Source: a virus (taxonomy: Duplodnaviria > Heunggongvirae > Uroviricota > Caudoviricetes). Taken from it: a stretch of DNA of 13,716 bases. Location: IMG/VR virus record IMGVR_UViG_2737471853_000004, positions 1 through 13,716 of that record; one strand, given 5' to 3'. The position numbers and the translations under genes are program-made. Positions 8,146 to 13,716 of this stretch are shown in pieces. The stretch's first letter is position 1. The number at the start of each line of letters is the position of its first letter. The notes beneath the pieces are model-generated. The model made no database searches. It was not told where the DNA came from and saw nothing but the letters and a program-made list of their open reading frames with translations.

Positions 8146-8776
8146 TTCCAACCTCCGCATCAAAGCATTGGGCTTCAAGAGACTTAACCATCACCACACT
8201 GCCATCTGTATTAATAACTATCGATGAGTTATATTTGCTTATCAGTTGCTTCGCGTAATCAATTCCGGCGCGAATAAGGAAATTTTTCACCGCAGGAAGA
8301 TGACCAACTACACTACCCAGACCTTGCTCTATAAGCTCCTCATTAAGATCAAGCTCATTTTCATGGCGAAAAGAAATGAATGAGTCGTAAATTGCGTATT
8401 CTGCCGTCTCGCCATTTCTTTCAGGGCCAACCAGCGCCCTTATTTCATTTAGAGATTCATAAAGATCATTATCTTCAAGCTTGAAAAACTCTCGATTATC
8501 ACTAAGCCTCTCTTTTGCAAAGGCTTTATGAATAAGTTTTTCATCTGATGCGGGATTATTTGAATGAAAGGCTGCTATCACCTTAAATGGCTTAGGAACG
8601 CCAGTAGAGGCTGAAATTTCTTTAGCCCTAACTTCTGGTGAATGCTTAGTCATCCCAATCTTATAAATTCCCGGCATGCACTCATTCGAAAGCACATAAA
8701 CAAAGCCATTTGATTTAAAATCATCTGGCACCTTCATGCTCTTCAGAACCTGGAATTTGTCATTTTCGTATGTCAT
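8132..8776 (-). CDS. T5orf172 / GIY-YIG-like domain protein, function unknown
   Basis: GFVYVLSNECMPGIYKIGMTKHSPEVRAKEI...KLIHKAFAKERLSDNREFFK fits the T5orf172 motif pattern as I recall it. AGGAG lies 5 nt upstream of the ATG. It is inserted between cII and O, where lambda has no gene, and its last 14 nt overlap the O start. Confidence 0.5.
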   Translation of the reverse strand: MTYENDKFQVLKSMKVPDDFKSNGFVYVLSNECMPGIYKIGMTKHSPEVRAKEISASTGVPKPFKVIAAFHSNNPASDEKLIHKAFAKERLSDNREFFKLEDNDLYESLNEIRALVGPERNGETAEYAIYDSFISFRHENELDLNEELIEQGLGSVVGHLPAVKNFLIRAGIDYAKQLISKYNSSIVINTDGSVVMVKSLEAQCFDAEVGNEPG

Positions 8777-8810
8777 AATTACTCCTGTGGATTGATCCAG
8801 TCTTTCTACA

Positions 8811-9089
8811 TCAGGCCTCGAAGAATTCGCCGTTCTTCGGGGCTTTTTCTTTTGTCAGCATTCTGGCTACTTTCTTAGCCAGTTCAGCCAACTCCTCGTC
8901 TTCAACACCCCATTCAAGAACAGCCAGAAGCATGGCCATCTTTGGGATAAAGCTGTCTTTCCATCGCGAAATTTGCGATTCATTGATCCCTAATGCATCA
9001 GCAACCTTTCGCTGACCACGTACAGCAATTCGATTCAGGATGTTGCTTGTAATTGCATTCGCTTTCTTGCGAGTACTTGTAAGTTGCAT
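8811..9089 (-). CDS. cII: CII-like transcriptional activator
   Basis: MQLTSTRKKANAITSNILNRIAVRGQRKVADALGINESQISRWKDSFIPKMAMLLAVLEWGV parallels lambda CII (SQISRWK and MLLAVLEWGV conserved), though the protein is diverged. The upstream leader TTGTTATCTAAGGAAATACTTACATATG is the lambda cII leader. Start trimmed to this ATG (9087-9089). Confidence 0.8.
   Translation of the reverse strand: MQLTSTRKKANAITSNILNRIAVRGQRKVADALGINESQISRWKDSFIPKMAMLLAVLEWGVEDEELAELAKKVARMLTKEKAPKNGEFFEA
8814..8853 (+). terminator. Intrinsic terminator antisense to the cII 3' end (oop-like)
   Basis: Plus strand CCUCGAAGAA-uucgccg-UUCUUCGGGG (10-bp stem with one G-U, 7-nt loop) followed by CUUUUUCUUUU. It lies antisense to the cII 3' end, as the oop terminator does in lambda. 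Confidence 0.6.
9043..9056 (+). promoter_or_regulatory. Candidate CII-binding site TTGC-N6-TTGC (PRE-like)
   Basis: TTGCTTGTAATTGC on the plus strand, inside the cII N-terminal coding region and oriented toward cro and cI. The tetrad repeat is perfect, but the -10 is not clear and the spacing to the cII ATG differs from lambda. Confidence 0.4.
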
Positions 9090-9168
9090 ATGTAAGTATT
9101 TCCTTAGATAACAATTGATTGAATGTATGCAAATAAATGCATACACCATAGGTGTGGTTTAATTTGAT

Positions 9169-9200
9169 GCCCTTTTTCAGGGCTGGGATGTGTAAGAGCG
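9169..9200 (-). promoter_or_regulatory. nutR (boxA and boxB)
   Basis: The minus strand reads CGCTCTTACACAT (boxA, 9188-9200) and GCCCTGAAAAAGGGC (boxB, 9169-9183), between cro and cII. Confidence 0.8.
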
Positions 9201-9207
9201 GGGTTAT

Positions 9208-9417
<210 letters not shown>

Positions 9418-9432
9418 TTAGTACATGCAACT

Positions 9433-9502
9433 ATTATCACCGCTAGAGGTAAAATAGTCAACACGCACGGTGTTAGATATTTATCCCTTGCGGTGATAGA
9501 TT
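9433..9502. promoter_or_regulatory. Right operator OR1-OR2-OR3 with divergent promoters PR and PRM
   Basis: OR1 at 9435-9451 (TATCACCGCTAGAGGTA), OR2 at 9459-9475 (CAACACGCACGGTGTTA), OR3 at 9482-9498 (TATCCCTTGCGGTGATA). PR -35 TTGACT and -10 GATAAT are on the minus strand; PRM -10 TAGATT is at 9497-9502 ahead of the cI ATG at 9509. Confidence 0.9.
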
Positions 9503-9505
9503 TAA

Positions 9506-10222
<717 letters not shown>

Positions 10223-10253
10223 TTGTTTTATTTTTCACGTAATAGGATGATTT

Positions 10254-11015
10254 ATGACACAGTTTCAACTTGCATTAATCGCTAGAGAAGTTGATGGAGA
10301 AGTCATCCATCTTCGCACCAAAGACGGATACATCAATGCCACCGCGATGTGCAAGTCTGCGGGGAAGCTACTTGCTGACTATACACGACTAAAAACAACA
10401 CAAGATTTTTTTGATGAATTATCACGCGATATGGGGATTCCCATATCGGAGTTAATTCAATCATTTAAAGGCGGAAGAGCAGAGAATCAAGGGACTTGGG
10501 TTCATCCAGACATCGCAATTAATTTAGCTCAGTGGCTATCTCCAAAATTTGCAGTGCAAGTATCGAGATGGGTGCGTGAGTGGATGTCAGGTGAAAGAGC
10601 GCCTGCCGAACTCCCTATCCACCTTAAGCGGTATATGACAAACCGAGGCAGAGTTCCTCATACGCACTTTTCTATGCTTAATGAACTGACGTTTAACTTG
10701 GTTGCGCCACTTGAACAGGCCGGATATACGCTGCCAGAAAAAATGGTCCCTGATATTTCAGAGGGTAGGGTTTTCTCGCAATGGCTCCGTGACAACCGGG
10801 GGGTTGAGCCGAAGACATTCCCAACATATAACCATGAGTACCCAGATGGCCGGACATTCCCGGTACGTCTATACCCAAACGAATATCTTGCAGATTTCAA
10901 ACAACACTTCAACGAAGTGTGGCTGCCTCAGTACGCTCCTAAATATTTTGCTGAACGAGACCAAAGGGCATTGACGTTGATTGAGAAAATCATGCTACCT
11001 GACCTTGATTCCTAA
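10254..11015 (+). CDS. KilA-N domain protein in the rexAB position (candidate BstA-like abortive-infection protein)
   Basis: The N-terminal roughly 110 aa (GEVIHLRTKDGYINATAMCKSAGK...GTWVHPDIAINLAQWLSPKFAVQVSRWV) fit the KilA-N fold pattern; the C-terminal roughly 140 aa are unassigned. The gene starts 31 nt after the cI stop on the same strand and is followed by a terminator. Confidence 0.6.
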   Translation: MTQFQLALIAREVDGEVIHLRTKDGYINATAMCKSAGKLLADYTRLKTTQDFFDELSRDMGIPISELIQSFKGGRAENQGTWVHPDIAINLAQWLSPKFAVQVSRWVREWMSGERAPAELPIHLKRYMTNRGRVPHTHFSMLNELTFNLVAPLEQAGYTLPEKMVPDISEGRVFSQWLRDNRGVEPKTFPTYNHEYPDGRTFPVRLYPNEYLADFKQHFNEVWLPQYAPKYFAERDQRALTLIEKIMLPDLDS

Positions 11016-11021
11016 ATGTTA

Positions 11022-11046
11022 TTCCCGGCCAAGAGCCGGGTTTTCT
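11022..11046 (+). terminator. Intrinsic terminator ending the cI / KilA-N transcription unit
   Basis: CCCGGC-caaga-GCCGGG (6-bp GC stem, 5-nt loop) followed by TTTTCTTT, 7 nt after the stop codon. Confidence 0.6.
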
Positions 11047-11204
11047 TTGCCTCACGATCCCCCTCACCCAAGAACACATAACCAATTGTATTTATTTGAA
11101 AATTAATAGATACAACTCACTAAACATCGCAATTCAGATCTCTCGATCACCTTCCCAATCCACACAACCCTGCAAAGAATAAATCTATATAAAAACATAC
11201 AGAT

Positions 11205-11267
11205 AACCATCTGCGGTGATAAATTATCTCTGGCGGTGTTGACATAAATACCACTGGCGGTGATACT
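11205..11267 (+). promoter_or_regulatory. Left operator OL3-OL2-OL1 with promoter PL
   Basis: OL3 AACCATCTGCGGTGATA at 11205-11221, OL2 TATCTCTGGCGGTGTTG at 11225-11241, OL1 TACCACTGGCGGTGATA at 11249-11265. PL -35 TTGACA at 11239-11244 and -10 GATACT at 11262-11267, reading toward N. Confidence 0.9.
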
Positions 11268-11307
11268 AAGCACATCAGCAGGATGCACTGACCACCATTG
11301 AAGGTGA

Positions 11308-11338
11308 GGCTCTTAAAAATTTAGCCCTGAAGAAGGGC
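11308..11338 (+). promoter_or_regulatory. nutL (boxA-like and boxB)
   Basis: boxB GCCCTGAAGAAGGGC at 11324-11338 is preceded by GGCTCTTAAAAA (boxA-like, with a first-base difference from the CGCTCTTA consensus). Confidence 0.8.
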
Positions 11339-11448
11339 AGCATTCAAAGCAGAAAGCTTTGAGTAGCGCGAAATGCAGCTGCAAGACAGCAACCGTGGAG
11401 ATAAGCATCACGGCGCGTTACTCAAAGCTAACTGACAGGAGAATCCAG

Positions 11449-11775
11449 ATGGATGCACAAACACGCCGCCGCGAACGTCGCGCAGAGAAACAGGCTCAAT
11501 GGAAAGCAGCAAATCCCCTGTTGGTTGGGGTAAGCGCAAAACCAGTTAACCGCCCTATTCTCTCGCCGAATCGCAAACCGAAATCACGAGTAGAAAGCGC
11601 ACTGAATCCGATAGACCTTACGGTGCTGGCTGAATACCACGAACAGATTGAAAGCAACCTGCAACGTATTGAGCGCAAGAATCAGCGCACATGGTACAGC
11701 AAGCCACGCAGTGAAATGGGTGTGACTTGTGTTGGTCGCCAGAAAATGAAATTAGGCAGCAAACCACTTATTTGA
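11449..11775 (+). CDS. N: Antiterminator N
   Basis: MDAQTRRRERRAEKQAQWKAANPLLVGVSAKPVNRPIL..., with the arginine-rich boxB-binding motif; lambda N-like but diverged toward the C-terminus. Start trimmed to the ATG at 11449 with a GGAG RBS. Confidence 0.9.
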   Translation: MDAQTRRRERRAEKQAQWKAANPLLVGVSAKPVNRPILSPNRKPKSRVESALNPIDLTVLAEYHEQIESNLQRIERKNQRTWYSKPRSEMGVTCVGRQKMKLGSKPLI

Positions 11776-11785
11776 GGACTGATAC

Positions 11786-12028
11786 ATGAGAGTAAAAACT
11801 ATGGGCGCAAGCCCATTAAGTGGTCGTATTTTTCAAGGAACATTAAACACTGAAAAAGGAATGTGGGTGGGAAAGAAAGAAGATGTAACCGAACAGGCAG
11901 TTAAGGCAGTAGCTGAACACATGATGATAAAAGACCAGAAATATGCATACGAAACGAAGGATGGCAAATGGCTGATAATAAGTCATCAAATAGTTGATAA
12001 ATTACCAGAAGAGTTTATTGCTGATTAA
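11786..12028 (+). CDS. Hypothetical 80-aa protein immediately downstream of N
   Basis: GAGGA lies 7 nt upstream of the ATG, 11 nt after the N stop. No family recognised. It occupies the region where lambda carries ral and sieB. Confidence 0.5.
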   Translation: MRVKTMGASPLSGRIFQGTLNTEKGMWVGKKEDVTEQAVKAVAEHMMIKDQKYAYETKDGKWLIISHQIVDKLPEEFIAD

Positions 12029-12156
12029 AATTATTTTGGCATAAACAACAGAATAAACACTGCACTGTGTATTCATTCCAACGAGTGAATACACGGAGCA
12101 ATGTCGCTCGTAACTAAACAGGAGCCGACTTGTTCTGATTATTGGAAATCTTCTTT

Positions 12157-12183
12157 GCCCTCCAGTGTGAGGGCGATTTTTTA
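12157..12183 (+). terminator. Intrinsic terminator (tL2-like) upstream of ea10
   Basis: GCCCTC-cagtgt-GAGGGC (6-bp stem) followed by GATTTTTTAT. Confidence 0.55.
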
Positions 12184-12202
12184 TCTATGAGGATATGAAT
12201 AG

Positions 12203-12571
12203 ATGTCAAACATCAAAAAATACATCATTGATTACGACTGGAAAGCATCAATAGAAATTGAAATCGACCATGACGTAATGACAGAGGAAAAACTTCACCA
12301 GATTAATAATTTCTGGTCAGACTCTGAATACCGACTCAATAAACACGGCTCTGTATTAAATGCTGTATTAATCATGCTGGCGCAACATGCTCTGCTTATA
12401 GCAATTTCAAGCGACTTAAATGCATATGGTGTTGTGTGTGAGTTCGACTGGAATGATGGAAATGGTCAGGAAGGATGGCCTCCAATGGATGGTAGCGAAG
12501 GAATAAGAATTACCGATATCGATACATCAGGAATATTTGATTCAGATGATATGACTATCAAAGCCGCCTGA
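12203..12571 (+). CDS. ea10: Ea10-like protein
   Basis: 122 aa MSNIKKYIIDYDWKASIEIEIDHDVMTEEKLHQINNFW... with an acidic C-terminus. I recall it as lambda Ea10, and the position upstream of cIII agrees. Confidence 0.7.
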   Translation: MSNIKKYIIDYDWKASIEIEIDHDVMTEEKLHQINNFWSDSEYRLNKHGSVLNAVLIMLAQHALLIAISSDLNAYGVVCEFDWNDGNGQEGWPPMDGSEGIRITDIDTSGIFDSDDMTIKAA

Positions 12572-12594
12572 GCGCAGCGTTACCGCATACCAAT

Positions 12595-12620
12595 AACGCT
12601 TCACTCGAGGCGTTTTTCGT
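12595..12620 (+). terminator. Candidate hairpin plus U-tract between ea10 and cIII
   Basis: AACGCUUC-acuc-GAGGCGUU (8-bp stem with one G-U) followed by UUUCGUUAU. The U-tract is interrupted, so this may be an attenuator or RNA-processing structure rather than a full terminator. Confidence 0.35.
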
Positions 12621-12643
12621 TATGTATAAATAAGGAGCACACC

Positions 12644-12808
12644 ATGCAATATGCCATTGCAGGGTGGCCTGTTGCTGGCTGCCCTTCCGAATCTTTACTT
12701 GAACGAATCACCCGTAAATTACGTGACGGATGGAAACGCCTTATCGACATACTTAATCAGCCAGGAGTCCCAAAAAATGGATCAAACACTTATGGCTATC
12801 CAGACTAA
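12644..12808 (+). CDS. cIII: CIII (FtsH inhibitor)
   Basis: Not listed separately in the ORF track. Hand translation from the ATG at 12644 (AAGGAG RBS) gives [54 protein letters not shown], which is lambda CIII. Confidence 0.85.
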   Translation: MQYAIAGWPVAGCPSESLLERITRKLRDGWKRLIDILNQPGVPKNGSNTYGYPD

Positions 12809-12920
12809 ATTCACTATCGCCACTTTTATTGGCGATGAAAAGATGTTTCGTGAGGCCGTCGACGCTTATAAAAAATGGATATTAATACTGAAACTGAGAT
12901 CAAGCAAAAGCATTCACTAA
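12777..12920 (+). CDS. kil: Kil (host-killing, FtsZ inhibitor)
   Basis: [47 protein letters not shown] (47 aa) matches lambda Kil. It overlaps the cIII 3' end in another frame, as in lambda. Confidence 0.8.
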   Translation: MDQTLMAIQTKFTIATFIGDEKMFREAVDAYKKWILILKLRSSKSIH

Positions 12921-13027
12921 TCCCCTTTCCTGTTTTCCTAATCAGCCTGGCATTTCGCGGGCGATATTTTCACAGCCATTTTCAGGAGTTCAGCCATGAA
13001 CGCTTATTACATTCAGGATCGTCTTGA
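12875..13027 (+). other. Short ORF encoding a Gam-long N-terminal-like peptide, out of frame with gam
   Basis: Hand translation gives [50 protein letters not shown]. Its first roughly 35 aa resemble the N-terminal extension of lambda GamL, but the frame diverges just before the Gam ATG. Confidence 0.35.
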
Positions 13028-13292
13028 GGCTCAGAGCTGGGCGCGTCACTACCAGCAGATCGCCCGTGAAGAGAAAGAGGCAGAACTGGCAGACGACCTG
13101 GAAAAGGGTCTGCCCCAGCATTTGTTTGAATCGCTATGCATCGATCATTTGCAACGCCACGGGGTCAGCAAAAAAGCCATTACCCGTGCGTTCGATGACG
13201 ATGTTGAGTTTCAGGAGCGCATGGCAGAACACATCCGGTACATGGTTGAAACCATTGCTCACCACCAGGTTGATATTGATTCAGAGGTATAA
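12996..13292 (+). CDS. gam: Gam (RecBCD inhibitor), short GamS form
   Basis: 98 aa [56 protein letters not shown]... matches lambda GamS. GGAG RBS upstream. Confidence 0.9.
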   Translation: MNAYYIQDRLEAQSWARHYQQIAREEKEAELADDLEKGLPQHLFESLCIDHLQRHGVSKKAITRAFDDDVEFQERMAEHIRYMVETIAHHQVDIDSEV

Positions 13293-13297
13293 AACGG

Positions 13298-13716
13298 ATG
13301 AGTACAGCACTCGCAACGCTGGCTGGGAAGCTGGCTGAACGTGTCGGCATGGATTCTGTCGACCCACAGGAACTGATCACCACTCTTCGCCAGACGGCAT
13401 TTAAAGGTGATGCCAGCGATGCGCAGTTCATCGCATTGTTGATCGTCGCCAACCAGTACGGCCTTAATCCGTGGACGAAAGAAATTTACGCCTTCCCTGA
13501 TAAGCAGAACGGCATCGTTCCGGTGGTGGGCGTTGATGGCTGGTCCCGCATCATCAATGAAAACCAGCAGTTTGATGGCATGGACTTTGAGCAGGACAAT
13601 GAATCCTGCACATGCCGGATTTACCGCAAGGACCGTAATCATCCGATCTGCGTTACCGAGTGGATGGATGAATGCCGCCGCGAACCATTCAAAACCCGCG
13701 AAGGCAGAGAAATCAC
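13298..13716 (+). CDS. bet: Bet (Red-beta single-strand annealing protein), 3'-truncated by window end
   Basis: Hand translation from the ATG at 13298 gives MSTALATLAGKLAERVGMDSVDPQELITTLRQTAFKGDASDAQFIALLIVANQYGLNPWTKEIYAFPDKQNG..., which is lambda Bet. The ORF runs off the end of the window. Confidence 0.9.
   Translation, partial: MSTALATLAGKLAERVGMDSVDPQELITTLRQTAFKGDASDAQFIALLIVANQYGLNPWTKEIYAFPDKQNGIVPVVGVDGWSRIINENQQFDGMDFEQDNESCTCRIYRKDRNHPICVTEWMDECRREPFKTREGREI

Noticed and set aside
10658-10974. Three overlapping ORFs (two minus, one plus) inside the KilA-N gene
   Set aside because: Nested within or antisense to a longer, motif-supported ORF. No RBS and no recognisable motifs.
11359-11448. 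N-terminal extension of the N ORF (start at 11359)
   Set aside because: It would place the start inside the nutL leader. The canonical N start MDAQTRRR at 11449 has the expected RBS.
13024-13642. ORFs 13024-13338 (+), 13180-13452 (-) and 13259-13642 (-)
   Set aside because: They overlap gam and bet in other frames or on the opposite strand. Gam and Bet are unambiguous, so these are shadow ORFs.

Overview
This window is a contiguous piece of a mosaic lambdoid (imm-lambda-type) phage or prophage, in the opposite orientation to the conventional lambda map. Reading left to right: a Rha-family gene and the lysis cassette S-R-Rz/Rz1 (minus strand); two tRNA-like genes in the late leader; a non-lambda Q-family antiterminator; a nin region (PP/ninI, ninH, ninG, ninF, a NinX-like ORF, ninE, a Dam-like methyltransferase, ninB); a tR2-like terminator; ren; a DnaC-like helicase loader and an O-like initiator carrying ori iterons; a T5orf172/GIY-YIG-like gene inserted between cII and O; cII; nutR; cro; OR1-3 with PR/PRM; cI; a KilA-N domain gene in the position lambda uses for rexAB; OL1-3/PL; nutL; N; an unrecognised 80-aa ORF; ea10, cIII, kil, gam and the start of bet (plus strand). 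The strongest candidate for an accessory or defence function is the KilA-N gene immediately downstream of cI; the T5orf172-like gene and the 80-aa ORF after N are further non-lambda insertions. All identifications come from reading the supplied ORF translations and the DNA against remembered lambda-family sequences and motifs; no database search was run. ORF coordinates include the stop codon, and several starts were trimmed from the ORF-track maximum to the first start with a plausible RBS.
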